DNA of 63,530 bases, filler included, from Reticulomyxa filosa (Eukaryota; Protista; Foraminifera): assembly GCA_000512085.1 (NCBI GenBank). It is 26 parts of 26 records of this genome, joined end to end, with 100 filler letters (N's around TTAATTAATTAA, not from the genome) between each part and the next. Parts side by side here need not be neighbours in the genome. Positions count along the whole stretch, not along the records: positions 1 to 2,919 come from ASPP01021725.1; positions 3,020 to 5,529 come from ASPP01004215.1; positions 5,630 to 7,295 come from ASPP01035938.1; positions 7,396 to 8,558 come from ASPP01036674.1; positions 8,659 to 10,777 come from ASPP01008556.1; positions 10,878 to 12,222 come from ASPP01010724.1; positions 12,323 to 13,659 come from ASPP01010420.1; 19 more parts are not named here. One strand, written 5' to 3'. A model generated the notes under the pieces. The model did not search any database. It was not told the origin of the DNA and saw only the letters and a program-made list of their open reading frames with translations. Made by a program: the position numbers and the translations under genes. Positions 1-13,659 of this stretch are shown here, one piece after another (positions within the stretch are counted from its first letter, which is position 1; each line of letters opens with the position of its first letter).

Positions 1-46
1 TTTTTTTACAAACGCAGCACGTTTGTTTTTCTTTTAAAAAAAAAAG

Positions 47-1950
47 GAAGGCGTCTCCCTTGAGATATTAATGCAAAGTAATTTCCATGATTTCCAAAAT
101 CTTGGGTTGGAAATTAACATACAATCCGTGTTACAATTATTGATTATCCTAATCGTTTGCATCTTGGCAGCATCACTGTCATCAGTCCACCTACTTAAAG
201 ACTTCATACATCCAGTGAACGCACCGCCAACAACAGCAACAAAGAAAAATCAAGAAAGGAACTCAAGCACACATTATTATTTATTATTAGGCGAATGTCC
301 AAACCAAAGATATTCGCACAGCAAAGCGTTTGTGGACAGCGAGTAATGGATAGTGCGTTTGCAAGAGTCAAACCGACATTGGGAAGTGCACAGTACAAAC
401 CCTCCAATATTCTGTTGGAGCCATTTTTTTTCATTAAAAAAAATACGTATGCACACACATATATATATATAGTTTCAAAAAAAAGAGTATTTGACGTTGG
501 AATACAACCAACCATTGAGAATGGAAGACGTTGGAGAAGTATTTGAAACGAATGAACTTTTTCAAGAAAAAAGGAAAAGGTGATAAACAAGAAATCTCAA
601 ATGATGAAGGATTTGTGGATAGAGTACGTGTGCCTCTAGATACTTCAGGTGTATTAAACTGCTTTTTAAAAAATAAGAAAACAAACCAAAAAAATAAAAT
701 AAATAAAATAACAGAAAAACTGGCAAAAATAGAATAGCTTTTACGTAACGGCAAATTCAGAGTAGCAATTCAAGAAATACAAAAAGAAATGTCGAAATAT
801 TCAACATATTACAAATATCGTCAGTTGATGTCAGCATCGTACAAATGTTTGGAAGAAGTTGATTTGGTTTTGAGGGATAGATATTATCAAAAGACGTTGC
901 GAGTTGCCCCAACGAATGTGCAATTGGTTTTGGATTTGACAGCTTTTTATTACATGGCTTGTCAGTAGGATTTGATCGCACAATACTGTTCTTTGTTGGC
1001 AAAAGCATCTCAAACAAAGACCTCAATAGTTTTTCCTACTTGTAACATGCAAGCGTATTTTTTTTAAAAAAAAAAAAGAGAAATAGGATCGTACGAGTCA
1101 TCGCAACACATTGATGTGTTGCTAAATGACGTGCTTAATTCGCAGTTGGACGATAGTAAGTTTAAAGATGCGCACGCGAACTGGAAGAGTCTGAAGCAAA
1201 TCAAGCTGGAATGGAAGGACCGCACTATGGTGAGAAACGTGTGATATCGCGAGTAACATCCACGCATATCAAACTCGCACTTGAATGCATGCGAGAAGCG
1301 ACTCGAGTGGTTCGACAAGTTGAAGACCAATGTGCATCCGGACGTGTCGTGTCGTGGCATCTTTGATTTTGGACAAATCGCAATCGACGTTGGTGTACAT
1401 GTATGACGTATACTTGTTTCGCAAGTGTGAATTCACGGCCGCAAAAGTCCAGTTTCTATCGCTCATCGAAAACAGTCCGTGATACTCCATGGCATATTTC
1501 TGCAAAAGTGCACGTGTTGCCTGCGTTCAAGCTGAAAATATGGATTCATTGCCCAATGGAGCCTGTGAAGAGAAGAAAATTGAAGACGACAATGATTCGT
1601 CGTTTCTGGAGGAGGAGGTGTCGTTAGCAGCCCCTGCAGATGGCAACGAGCCTGAACACAATGACGAGGAAAGCCAAGATCGAAAACGAAGGAGACACGA
1701 TCTCTGCTTTACCTGATGCATTCAGCAGACTGCCCGTGGCGATGTCGAACCTAAGTGAGGGGACTCTGAAAAGGGCGATGAGAAAATGAACGATAAGAAA
1801 CTTTCCCCGGCCAGAGAGGTCTCCCATTCCAAGTCTGAAGTGTCACTGCTTTGGACGACGACCACGCCGACTTGCAACACGACAACTCTAAGGGCAGACA
1901 GCCACAGATTAGCATCGATCCCAATCTTGTGGATCAAATCCATCTTGATG
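47..1950 (+). pseudogene. Decayed TPR-containing gene (possible SAM-like and CCCH remnants at the 5' end)
   Basis: Manual translation gives TPR-like helices (LMSASYKCLEEVDLVLRDRYYQKTLRVAPTNVQLVLDLTAFYY; AAKVQFLSLIENSP*YSMAYF) broken by TAG, TGA and TAA stops and frameshifts, followed by an acidic tail. Upstream EGVSLEILMQSNFHDFQNLGL and LLGECPNQRYSH are weak SAM-like and CCCH-like matches. Confidence 0.45.
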
Positions 1951-2919
1951 AAAGAAATTTATTGATGATTTTCTGACTTTGCACGACAAGTCTATAAAGT
2001 TTATCAATTTGATTAGGTTAATAAATATTTAATGGAAAGAATATTAACTTTAACATGTCTGACATGTTGCAATTTTGTGAGAATGATTTACGACAAAAAT
2101 TACAATAATAAGGTTTTTCTCCTGTTGTTTGTGATGTTCAAATAGACAAAATTAAGACTGCAGTCGTTACATTTGAAGAGCTAATTACCTTTTTTTTTTA
2201 AACAAAATTATTAACTAATATAATGTTGACTTTTTTTCAATTTAACTGATAATACTTTTTTGTTGAACTTGAGAATGAATTGCGTCGACATTCAATTCTG
2301 TTTGGATGTTGTCTTGGCTTTTATTTTCTCTTTCGTTATGAATACTAATTTGATCACTTTGCAAATCGTGTGATGCAATAGCAATGCAAATTGAAGACTA
2401 TTATGGAACTATTCAAAACAATCATGTTTTTTTTTTCAAAAAGACCAAACCAAATATATTAACTTGCAAAATTGGATCCAATGGAAAATTAACAGAAAAA
2501 TCAAATTTAATTGGATCAGTTGTGTCTACGTTAATTTAACAAATGATCTATTTCTTGAATTATATTTGAAACATCTTTTTTTCGTTCGACAGTATTAATA
2601 TTAACATTTGCTACTACTTGATTAAATTTATTGTGCCATTCATTCATTTGTACTTTTTGTTTTAATTGATCAACAATGTTATCTAAATCTTTACATTTTT
2701 GTTTCATCAATAAGTCAATATCACACAACATTTTTTTTTATATTGCGATATTTTTGATAATAGTTCGTCAGCAATTTTAGTTAATTCCATTTTTTGACTT
2801 AGCCTTTTTCTTTTTTCAGTTCCTTTTCTTCTTCCAATCTTTTCTTTTTTTCTGATAACTTTTTAGCTTCTTCGAACATTTTTTCCAATTGTGATTGGTC
2901 ATCATCATTTAATATCACC

Positions 2920-3019
2920 NNNNNNNNNNNNNNNNNNNNNNNNNNNNNNNNNNNNNNNNNNNNTTAATTAATTAANNNNNNNNNNNNNNNNNNNNNNNNN
3001 NNNNNNNNNNNNNNNNNNN
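2920..3019. other. Artificial contig linker (44 N + TTAATTAATTAA + 44 N), first of 25 identical linkers
   Basis: The same 100-bp spacer starts at 2920, 5530, 7296, 8559, 10778, 12223, 13660, 18634, 21794, 26830, 29246, 30465, 31565, 32839, 34319, 35421, 39582, 42188, 45755, 49348, 52665, 57252, 59570, 61244 and 62344. The core 12-mer places stop codons in all six frames. Confidence 0.98.
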
Positions 3020-3113
3020 TTTACCGAAATTAAAAAAATGAGTGGTGGGCACTGCAACTAACACAACACAGTAAAGTTTTCTTCTTTCTTTCTTGCTTCC
3101 TTCTCATTGTGTA

Positions 3114-3590
3114 TTAATTTGTGAAAATATTTGATGAAAATTGAACAGACACCAAAGAGTTAGCAAAATCACGAAACGTGAATCTTCCAAACAACTCACA
3201 TAAATTTTCTTTGTGACGTTTGTCGCTTTGCAAATATTTTATAATATCATCATGTGTGAAATAGTCAATACTTTTTTTGACAAAAGATAATGACAAATCC
3301 TCTGAAAATCTGCGAACTTATCTTGTTGTTATCGCTGCGACAAGATTGAAAAACAAACAAAAATTATCAAATATTCTATCAACTAAGATATTGATCAATT
3401 CTTTCATTATATCATAATTTTTATCATGGAGGAAGACAAAAACATTTTGAATAAATCCTCTTGCTAATGCATCCGTCATATCTAAATCATAAATTCTAAA
3501 AATATGCTGAAGTTGTGTCAATTCGATAAATGTCCAAAAAGGTAAAAACTCGTTCCATTATATACCGTTTGACGAATCTACATCTATTAA
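3114..3590 (-). pseudogene. Fragmented helical protein-coding remnant, family not recognised
   Basis: Two co-linear in-frame ORF pieces (3318-3521 and 3114-3296) are separated by a stop codon and read like protein. Confidence 0.3.
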
Positions 3591-5786
3591 ATTTTACCTT
3601 ATTGACGAAAAGTTCGTCTTCCTTTTTTTAAGGTTTTACAATTTATTCCCGCTGGTGATTTACTCAATCCCCCCAAAAGGTCATGTTTTTTTAATACTGT
3701 GGTTGCAGTATATTGTGTTTTTCTATGTTTGCTCAAAAAAAAAAAGTAAATTTCCAAACTACCTTTAGTCTCCAATTGTGACTTCCAATAATGGTGAAAA
3801 AGCTAATATGTACAGATGTCGAAACGAAAATGTTCGACAATCTCTCTTTTTACTTAATCTATTTAGTTGATTCATTTTGTATGATACTTCCAAGTTGCCA
3901 TTTTAATTGTTTAGAAAAGGGTTTCTACCCTTTAGTTGAAGAATTTTAAATAAAATGAAAAAAAATAACCCTTTGCTCGTTTTCGCGTTTAACTTGAAAA
4001 ATATGAACCCCCCAAAAAAAAGTGAGTTTGTTGCATGTTTATTTTGTAAGAAACCAATTAAATTTTCAAAATTGGAAGAAAGACAAAACATTATATTCGC
4101 AGACAAAACCAAATGAGAAAAGTATCTTTTTTTTTTGACTGAGTTAGAGTTCAAGTGTAGACTCGATAATTTGAATTTTACCCCACAGATAAGGTATTCA
4201 TTGAAAGCGAAAATAATATACTAAGTCAAGATGGATTACTATCAATGCTGCAAAAACTACATGAACCACGTTAACAACTTGAACACAAAACGCAGAAATC
4301 CAAAGACATGATGAAAGGTTTGGTCCTGCAGTTGTTGCTCATCACCACAAAGCAAAGCCATTTTCTTCGTAATTTCATTTGATTATTTTTATCCGCCACA
4401 GTTACACATTGTTCTTATGTTTTTATATAAAAGGATCTAAGCTGTACAATGCAATTCTTTTTTAGGTGAATAAACCCCCTATTTTCAAAAAAAAGGTTAT
4501 TAATTGAAGCCGTATGGACAAGAGCGTGTCAATTATTGCACAGAAAAAGCAGACGAGTACAGTACTACCGAAGAATGTCAGATGATTCAGTCGAATCTTG
4601 TGCCTCTTCAACAATTGTGTTGTATTCCAAAATTCATGCACTTGGTTTGCAGGCTTAGTACTCATATAAGCCTTACATTTTTTAAAAAAATTTATAAGAC
4701 ATTTTGAGAATGAGACTTTTAACAACTCATTCTATTTTACAAAAACCTCAGAAATCCTTTCCAAGTGTAAAAAGTAAAACAATTGGAAAGTATGAATTAA
4801 CATATGTAGTATTTGAGAATAGTTTAGTTGATAAAGCAAAGTGATCCTTCTTGTTATTTGCATCATTGTCTATATTCACACGATGCGATTTCACAATATT
4901 TCATGTGCAAAAAATTCGCTATTTGTTCGAAGCAGCGTAGACCTATTTGTTATTATTATTTACTTTGCAATTTCTTGAACAAAAAGTTATTTAAAAAATC
5001 ACTTTTCAATTGAGTCAGAACAAAATAATCTATCACTTTGATTCAGTCGTAAGGGAAAGTGTGCTCATCAAAAAAAAAAAATTTAACGAAAATAATCGTT
5101 ACCTCAATTCCACCCGCATTTTCGCAAAGAAAACCAATTATTTAAAAACATACGACTAGGATATGGACTTGTCCTTGTCAATACAACTTGCTTTAACAAA
5201 AAAAATAAAAAAAGCAATTAACAGTTTAACAAAAAAAACAAAAGTACAAAACAGTTTTTGTCTGTGAAGAAAAACTCAAACAAGGGGCCAACTTTTAAAA
5301 AAATTATAATCCAATTTTTATAAGCAAATTTTTTGATAAAAGCATTTTTTACAAATTATTAGAATTCATCGAATTGAAGATCGCTGTTTATCAGTTTTAT
5401 GAGGAAAAAAAACCTCTACAATATGACACCAATTCACAAAAAAATAAATAAAAAAGTAATAACTAAGCATCTTCAACGATTTGAAGATAGATCATTTTGT
5501 TCTAGGGCAATTTTTTATTATTATTTTTTNNNNNNNNNNNNNNNNNNNNNNNNNNNNNNNNNNNNNNNNNNNNTTAATTAATTAANNNNNNNNNNNNNNN
5601 NNNNNNNNNNNNNNNNNNNNNNNNNNNNNCTATCCTTAAAGTGTTAAATGTGGCTTATTTGTGCAAAAAAAATAAAAAAAAATTAATACCAAAGTCCAGA
5701 TATTAAATTCGAAAGATAGTTCAATAATAAAATATTAGCTTTATTATTATATAATGTGCAATTTTCATGTTTGGGAAAATACAAAT

Positions 5787-6480
5787 CAACTGATTTGCTC
5801 TTTATTTAGCACACAACAAAAGCTAAAATATTCATGTTTATGTAAAAAAAAGAATAGTCTTGATCATTCAATATTTCCCCTTTCATTTCAATATCACTAT
5901 CATTTATACGCTTTTTCCAACTCTTGCTTTTCCATAGATACTAATATAGAGCAGTCGCTGTGTTGTACGTGTTAGAGATTGTCAACTGATTTATTGCGTT
6001 CTTTCAAAGGCAATACAAGCTGTGAAGTCCTTCAAACACAAATCCAACTTTACAAAAGTCAATGATTATTATTGTTCTTCTTTTCAACCTGTTTGCATTT
6101 ACAAGAGTGAATTAGAAAACCAAACTTATTCAAGTGATGTAAAAGCATATTGTAAAATATGATATCTGGAAGAATATATTTGCTTTGCATAATTTTGACA
6201 ATTCAATTGATTAACTTACAACAGGATGTATATTTAAGACATTTGAAAGTTCATTTAATGTGCACAATTCACACTTTGCTTATTATGTCATTGTGGAAAC
6301 AAAATAGCATAGAAAACTGGAGATATCTACAAATATTTGTTCATAGTTTGATAATGTTTAATATATTCTCAAAACAAATTACTTTCTTAACTGATTTGCT
6401 CTTTATTTGGCGCACAATAAAAGCTAAGCTCATTTGTGTTTGTGTTAAAAAAAAGGAAAACACTTTCAATCATTCAATGA
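5787..6480 (+). repeat. Diverged direct repeat of about 90 bp (about 5787-5872 and 6389-6478)
   Basis: aactgatttgctctttatttagcacacaacaaaagctaa...tcattcaat recurs as aactgatttgctctttatttggcgcacaataaaagctaa...tcattcaat. Confidence 0.7.
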
Positions 6481-7073
6481 AATAACATATTTACTTAAAT
6501 TAAATAAATTGAATGTACTGTGTTAAATGAACTTTGTAAATTATTTTGCTTAACACATATCTAACATTGATCTATCCTAATCATATCAAACTCAATTTTG
6601 AATAAGTATTTGCTATAGAAAGTGTGTTCACGCAATGCCAAAATAAAACTTTATCAACTATGTTGTCAGATTCAAATATATTCTTTTATTATGTAATTGG
6701 AATATTTATAAAAAATTAAATACGTTAGACTAAGTTCAATATTACATTGTTAAATAACTTAACATTTTCAGAAATCATTTCATCAAAGTAATAAATTCTT
6801 CATCTTTTAATAATATCCTTACATTGTTGATGTTCCATCTGCAATGGTTCAGTATTGATTTCAATAAAGTTTTATAAAATCACAAATTCTTTTCAAAGTG
6901 CAGTTTTCATTTATTGTGCTTTTAAATTCTTCAAAAAAAATTGAACAAAGTTTTTCAATTTTTTAAACAACAAAGTAAGATAAAACACGTCTTTTAGTAT
7001 GTGGTCAATTAAATCAAACAAGTTTAATATCAACTTACTTTCTTCTAATCAAACTTTTCAAAAAAAAAGCCAA

Positions 7074-7295
7074 TTATCCCCAAATACAAATGGGACCTTT
7101 GAGCGAACCATAACACACCTTCAAATCATATGTAACATTCTTTGTCTCATTTTTCTTTTTCAATCCAATAAATTTAAGACAAAATATTCCATCGTCTTCT
7201 TTTTTATCTCTTTTGATCATATACAATTCATTCTTATTTGATCGAATATCCCAAAAACGAATTGTACTATCATCTGATCCAGAACATATCACATT
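7074..7295 (-). CDS. WD40-repeat protein, C-terminal end (5' part lost in the gap)
   Basis: VICSGSDDSTIRFWDIRSNKNELY...CYGSLKGPICIWG*, the same family as 18734-19707 and 7396-7510. Confidence 0.9.
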   Translation of the reverse strand, partial: NVICSGSDDSTIRFWDIRSNKNELYMIKRDKKEDDGIFCLKFIGLKKKNETKNVTYDLKVCYGSLKGPICIWG

Positions 7296-7395
7296 NNNNN
7301 NNNNNNNNNNNNNNNNNNNNNNNNNNNNNNNNNNNNNNNTTAATTAATTAANNNNNNNNNNNNNNNNNNNNNNNNNNNNNNNNNNNNNNNNNNNN

Positions 7396-7510
7396 AATAA
7401 CTTGTCTTAAATTTATTGTATTGAAAAAGAAAGAGAATATCAAGAATGCTACTTATAATTTGAATTTATGTTATGGTTCGCACAATGGTCCCATTCGTAT
7501 TTGGGGATAA
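7396..7510 (+). CDS. WD40-repeat protein, last about 37 codons
   Basis: ITCLKFIVLKKKENIKNATYNLNLCYGSHNGPIRIWG* matches the C-terminus of the other copies, and the conserved 3' flank follows. Confidence 0.85.
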
Positions 7511-8681
7511 TTTGACTTTTTGTCGAATAAGAAATAAAAATGTTTTTTGTTTGAAACGTTTGATTAAAGTAAGGTGATATCAAATTTGTTTGATTTGATT
7601 GAGTGCAAGCATTGAATGATGTGTTTTATCTTACTTTGTTGTTAAAAAATGAAAAGAGCTTCATTCAATGTTTTTTAAAGAGTTTGAAAAGCATAATAAA
7701 TAAATACTTCAAGTGTTGTATTTTTTGTATAATCGATCAAGATTGTTTTTTAGTAATTCATGATAGAATTTTTTTCATTAAAAAACTTGAAATATTGTTA
7801 CCATTGCGTTTTTTTGAAGAATGCGGTGATAGATATAAAAAAGGCAAACCAATAGTGAATCAATTTTGATGGTATATTAATCAAAACACAATAAGAGAAG
7901 GGAATATGATCATGAAGCAACTATTATGAAAATAATCACAAATTAGACAAATACGAAATAGAGGTGTTTGCCTGCATCAAGTATATTGGAAAACACCATG
8001 ATGACAAAACAAATCTTTTTTTTTTGATTCCACAACCATAAAATAATCAAAATCTTGTGTACTTTGTCTAAAGAAAATGTGCACTATATCGAGTGTAATT
8101 TTAATCAATGTTTGTATTATATTTTTGTGCAAAGACATTGACTGTTTAGAATAATTCCAGTTTCTTGATTATTACAACTGGTTTTAGATAGAAATTATTG
8201 AATAAGAAATCAATTTGGAATCTTGTTTCTTATGTTCTCATTAGACAATTTTGTCAACACAAGACATATCAAACTGCATTGCATGAACAGCATCAAAATA
8301 CTCAAAACAGGAAAATGTTAAAGTAACAAGGTGTACAATCATCTCTTTTTTATTTTGCTATAATTAATATTTATTAATATTTATTTGATGTAATTTATTA
8401 TTTGTTTGTGTTGTAATAATTTATTTTTGAAATTTCCCTTTATAATTGTGATAAAACACAAACTTGTTGTTGAATGATTTTTCCAATTACTAAGTCAAAA
8501 TATTATTTTAAGACAAAGAAACAATGCATATCACATAATCTAAAAACAGGATTTCTGANNNNNNNNNNNNNNNNNNNNNNNNNNNNNNNNNNNNNNNNNN
8601 NNTTAATTAATTAANNNNNNNNNNNNNNNNNNNNNNNNNNNNNNNNNNNNNNNNNNNNAAACAAAAAAAAAAAAAATAATA

Positions 8682-9183
8682 GGGACAGTGATCGTATCAA
8701 AAGTATTGTTGCAGGGACAGAAAAAGCTTTGATAGTGGATGCAAGGTCTCCTGAACACTTCTCCGGAAAAGTGAAAAATTTGAATCCCGCTTTGCGAAGT
8801 GGTCACATCCCAGGAAGCATGTCCTTGTCTTATGAACTACTCCTGGACGACAGTCGCTTATGTTACCGTCCTGTTCGGGAACTTCGGGCCATTTTTCAAT
8901 CCTTTGGAATTGACATCAAGAAAACACCCATTGTCACCACTTGCGATCATGGAATCACTGCTCCGATTATTTCTTGTTATTTTTTTTTTTTTTTTTTTGT
9001 ATTTATGAACTCCCTCCACTTTCGTGAACGACTCTTTGCTTTTTGCTGTTAACAGTTGCGATCCACTTGGTACAATGGACAGACTACATCAATTCGTTGG
9101 AACTATTTCCGCCTCTTTGTTGGTATAATGGTAGTTGGATGGAATGGGGCTCGCGACAAGACTGCCCAGTTGCAACCGATTAG
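8682..9183 (+). CDS. Tandem-domain sulfurtransferase (rhodanese/3-mercaptopyruvate sulfurtransferase family), C-terminal domain, spliced
   Basis: IVDARS..F.G, GHIPGS and the active-site TTCDHGITA are present. A GT-AG intron (about 8976-9055) restores the frame to FAIHLV...WYNGSWMEWGSRQDCPVATD*, the rhodanese C-terminal signature. Confidence 0.92.
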
Positions 9184-9818
9184 TTTCATCTCGTTGTCAC
9201 TTTCCGAATTAAAAATTTGAACAAAATTACACAACTTAAACTTAATTTACAAAATATGCTTTATTTTGTTTTATCTTAGTTTACTTTTCACAATTTAAAA
9301 TTTTTGGTTCTGGAAAAAATTAATCCAAAAACTAGCAGGGCTTCTAATCTTCCGTAAATTTCGCTCTGTTCCCGTAAAATTCTTTTTTGTACTATCAAAA
9401 ATTGTTTGAGAAACACTAACCATAAGTAATTTAGGCTTGGAAAGTAATGAATAAGTTCCTTGTTGATTTTTATATTGCATAAATCTAAACGCTAATAGTG
9501 ATAGTGCTATTATAGCAAAATTCTTTTTGAAAAAATTGTAGCAAGTGAGCGAGATAAAACGAAAAGATGCTAAATACAAGCACTACTAATAAACAATTCA
9601 GGAAAAAATGCATTTTGGAGTTTGTTTTTGTTTTTTGCATAAGATATTTTGACGAGTAATGCAAAAAAGAAAGTGAACTAAAACGGAAAAAAAACAAAAC
9701 AGTAAGTGAGGAAAAAAATCAAAAGTTCCAACACAAACATATTATTTCAACCTTTGTTAGTGCAAAACAAAACGACAAAAAAAAAAAAATATAAAAAACA
9801 CAAAGGAAATAGATAAAA

Positions 9819-10426
9819 TCAAAAACCTTCAATTCCACACGACGTTTGAGGTTCAAACACAGGTACGGGCACGTCACTCACGACCTTTAAAAATTAATTT
9901 GAATAAGATGTTGCAAAAAAAAAAAAAAAAAAAAAAAAAATTTTGAACAATGTATAAAAGAAAGAAAAAGGAAAAAAAATATCGCTCCAAACCTTTAAGA
10001 AAGGATGGCGAAGAAGTTGTTCTGTGGTAATCCTTTTGTTCGCAGGTTTGAAAATACAATCCATCACATCTATGTAAAGTGAGATGATCAAGACAGTGAG
10101 GTATATGTGATGTGAAGTAAATAGATAAATAGAAAAACAATACCAATGGCATCACTAGACAAGGAATGAAACAAATCCGCGTGTTGTGGAAGAGTTTTGA
10201 AATGGCCATTGAGAATCGATTGAAATGTGTGATCGACATGAGTGGGTAAATCATACAATTTTTTGCGTGTCAGAAGCATATACAAAACCACACCCAAGCT
10301 CCACACATCTGCCAAACGTGCGTCAAATTTGGATCCCGCAAACACCTATTTTTTTTTTTTTTTTTTTATGAAACAATTAAATGAACAGTTTTAGAAGAAA
10401 TCATCAAAAAAAAAAAAAAAAATATT

Positions 10427-10461
<35 letters not shown>

Positions 10462-10777
10462 TACATATGAATATAAACCAAACTTCGGGTGCCATGCAAG
10501 TGACTTTCCCGACTTGTTGATCATAAAGGAACTGGCGCTTATCATCATCAGTTTGAGCAGGGAAGTGTTGTGCCATTCCGAAATCGATGAGTTTGATGAG
10601 AACGGGGAACTCAGTATCCAAGATGACTCTGCGCGTGACGACAGCTTCGACATAAGTCTGTCCACTCGTTTGTCGTTTCAAGGTATTCAAATTGCTACTG
10701 CTGCTGGTCCTGCTGTTGGTGATACTGCTAGTGCTACTACTCGCCGTCGCCGAGAGTGTCGTACCACTTGTTGTTGT
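9819..10777 (-). CDS. Ser/Thr protein kinase (CAMK-like group), C-lobe, 4 exons, 5' truncated
   Basis: IKLIDFG, GKVTCMAPE, ADVWSLGVVLYMLL and RITTEQLLRHPFL, with a Ser/Thr-rich insert before DFG. GT-AG introns separate the ORF pieces. Confidence 0.92.
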
Positions 10778-10877
10778 NNNNNNNNNNNNNNNNNNNNNNN
10801 NNNNNNNNNNNNNNNNNNNNNTTAATTAATTAANNNNNNNNNNNNNNNNNNNNNNNNNNNNNNNNNNNNNNNNNNNN

Positions 10878-10917
<40 letters not shown>

Positions 10918-10922
<5 letters not shown>

Positions 10923-12150
10923 GCAGGCCGCAAAAGTGTGGCGTTGACATCGAAATCGTGATAGTAAATGTCTTCAAAGTCGAGGTCCTCTTCGTTGAAG
11001 AAGCCGCGCATGGAAGAGGAGGAGTTGGAGGGGGAAGAAGGAGCGGACGAAGAAGAAGAAGAAGAAGAAGAAGAAGCTGAAGAAGTAGAAGAAGCTGAAG
11101 AAGCAGAAGAAGAGGACTTTTTCAACAAATACTTTGTGTCATTCTCTTCATTCCCATTTTCACTTTCCTTTCGTTTCTTTCGTCGTTGTCGTCTTTGTTG
11201 TTGTTGTTGCTGTTGCTGTTCTCCATTGACAATATCCCAATTTTCTTCCTCACTACTTGCAGCAGATAGTTCGTCGTCACTCAGATGCTTGCTTCGATGG
11301 CGAAAATGCATATTCACACTTTTCGCCTTGTCTTTCACAGCGCGTTCTCGCTTCATCTCCTCCTCTTCTTGTTCTTGTTCTTGTTCTTGTTCTTTCTCAG
11401 CGATAAAGAGGGATACATTCGCCATGTTTGCGAGCAGAGGGGTGCTCTTCGACATCGGCAATGACGTTGTCGATTCCTGGTTCACGGCCACCACCCCCTA
11501 CTGGCGCTCACATGCGGCTTCGTTTCCTCGGCCTTGTGTCCATCTTCCTTTGCATTCGCATTGGAATGACTTGCATTTTCATTTGTATTCGTTGCTGTTG
11601 TTGTCGTCATCGATGAAGACGACGATGAAGATGATGACGATGAAGATGATGACGATGAAGACGACGATGATGATGATGATGATGATGACGATGATGACGA
11701 TGATGACGCTGATGTTGATTTGGGATCGATTGTCAATGACGGTAGTGATGATGACGATGATGAAGACATGGATGTCCCAATGGAACTTGCATTTGTATTG
11801 ATATTGGTATTTGTATTTGAACTTGAATTTGAATATATAGAAACAGCAGCATTGGTTATAGTTGTAGTTGTTGCTGTTTTAGTAGTTGTCGCGGCAACAG
11901 CACCCGAACGATGGGACAACGTAATGGCATGCAGTGCCGGGTCATTGTCATTATCATTATTATTGTCATTGTCATTGTCATTGTCAAATTCATGCATAAA
12001 CACGAGTGACGCGTCGTTCCCAAACTTTTGATAGAACCGATGCCGCATCGATTCGCAAGTGCAATACGTACGATACTCACGCAACTCCTCTCGCAATCGC
12101 TGAATCTCTTCACGCGTTTTCACATCACGATACGAAGGGTCTGGATCTTT
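10918..12150 (-). CDS. Internal exon of a low-complexity (Ser, Asp/Asn, Gln, Glu-rich) protein
   Basis: ORFs 11482-12210 and 10826-11494 join if one base is added to a G-run near 11494. The exon is flanked by intronic (CA)n and poly-T tracts. Confidence 0.55.
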
Positions 12151-12344
12151 TGTGTGTGTGTGTGTGTGCGTGTGTGTATGTGTATAATGATGTGTCATAC
12201 TGTAATACATTTCATTGACTTGNNNNNNNNNNNNNNNNNNNNNNNNNNNNNNNNNNNNNNNNNNNNTTAATTAATTAANNNNNNNNNNNNNNNNNNNNNN
12301 NNNNNNNNNNNNNNNNNNNNNNTGTGTGTGTGTATGTGAGACTG

Positions 12345-13620
12345 ACAGGATTGGTAAATTCGGTATTTTGTGCTGCTTTTTGAGTCAGATCGGTCATGAG
12401 CTTTTGAATTTCTTTTGGCCATTTTTTTCGTTCTAATTCTTGAGGATCTGGCGTTGATTCGGGTTTGTGTAAGTCTTCATTGTTCTCGTCTGGTGTTGGG
12501 GGCTTCAATTCCAACATCTTCTTTTCGTATTCCACCAACTGCTTTTCCACTTTTTCGACTTCGTTTTTCAGTGATGTGTTTTCTTGCTCCAATTGCAATT
12601 TTGTTTCCTTATTTGTGTAATATGTATTTGTTTCGAGGTTGTGTCAACAGCAAATGGGTTTTTACATTTTGTTTCTTTTCAGTGTGTGTGTGTGTTGTTT
12701 TTTTTTTTTTTTGTTTACCTCAAAATTTTTTTCTTTTTCTTGTAGCTGTGCCTGCAGTGTTTGATACTTGTGTTTCATTGATTCTTCTGTGTTGGTATGG
12801 CAGTTTCTTTTTTTTTGTATGTTATTTTTTGTTCTCTTGTTTTTCGAGAAGAAAAACAAACAAATAAGCACAACATGCCAATGCAGTAACCTAAATCACC
12901 GAATTAGACAAAACACAAATCATTTTATTTTGGTGACCTGGTGGTGGTATCAAAGATATTTCCATATATAACGATGTGGCCAGACCAATGCCACTTTGCT
13001 GTTTCAAAAAAAAAAAACAAACAAACAAAAGGAATTGATGTATGTAATATATATATATATACATATATACACATATACATATATATATATGTATATATGT
13101 AATGACGTTGAAATTTCTTAAACTGTTTTTAGTGATTCAATATGTCGCAACAGTTTTCCACAATGAAGGGCTTTCACTTTCAAATCTTTCATCATCACCT
13201 CAGTGTTCAAGTCATGTAGTAACACTTCGCCGTTGACATTTTCTTGGACAAACTGTGGCGCGTACAACTCGAAGCCGACTCTTCGAAGCCAATAAGCGAC
13301 TTCATCGGGGGTCCAACCGGACGCTCGATGATCCTGCGCAAATAGCGAGCTTTCTTCTCCCTTCTTCGTCAGGTACTTCCACCACGCCTTTGTGCCGACC
13401 GGCGGTGCTTTCGCTCTGTTGGACAGCGTCGATTTTTTGCGATGATGCACGACGCCACGAATGACCACCGACCCTTGTTTCGAATGCATGCTTTCCTGCG
13501 ACAATCGCGATGTCTGTGATCGCTGCACGGATTGTAGTGGGATCTCTATCGGCTCACCATTTTCATCTTTCGCTATCGTTGTCGCGGAGCGAGTGCGAAG
13601 TGAAAAGTTTTCCGCTGAAA
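12345..13620 (-). CDS. SAM-domain and coiled-coil protein, multi-exon fragment
   Basis: WTPDEVAYWLRRVGFELYAPQFVQENVNGEVLLHDLNTEVMMKDLKVKALHCGKLLRHIESL is a classic SAM domain. Downstream exons are heptad-rich (QLEQENTSLKNEVEKVEKQL). Confidence 0.88.
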
Positions 13621-13627
13621 TGTAATC

Positions 13628-13659
<32 letters not shown>

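Noticed and set aside
7074-7510. Divergent WD40 gene pair or inverted duplication
   Set aside because: The two copies lie on different contigs separated by a linker, so their adjacency is arbitrary.
10968-12031. Long plus-strand ORFs (277 aa and others), and similar ones at 50575-51071
   Set aside because: These are antisense or off-frame shadows of trinucleotide repeats in the real gene on the other strand or frame.
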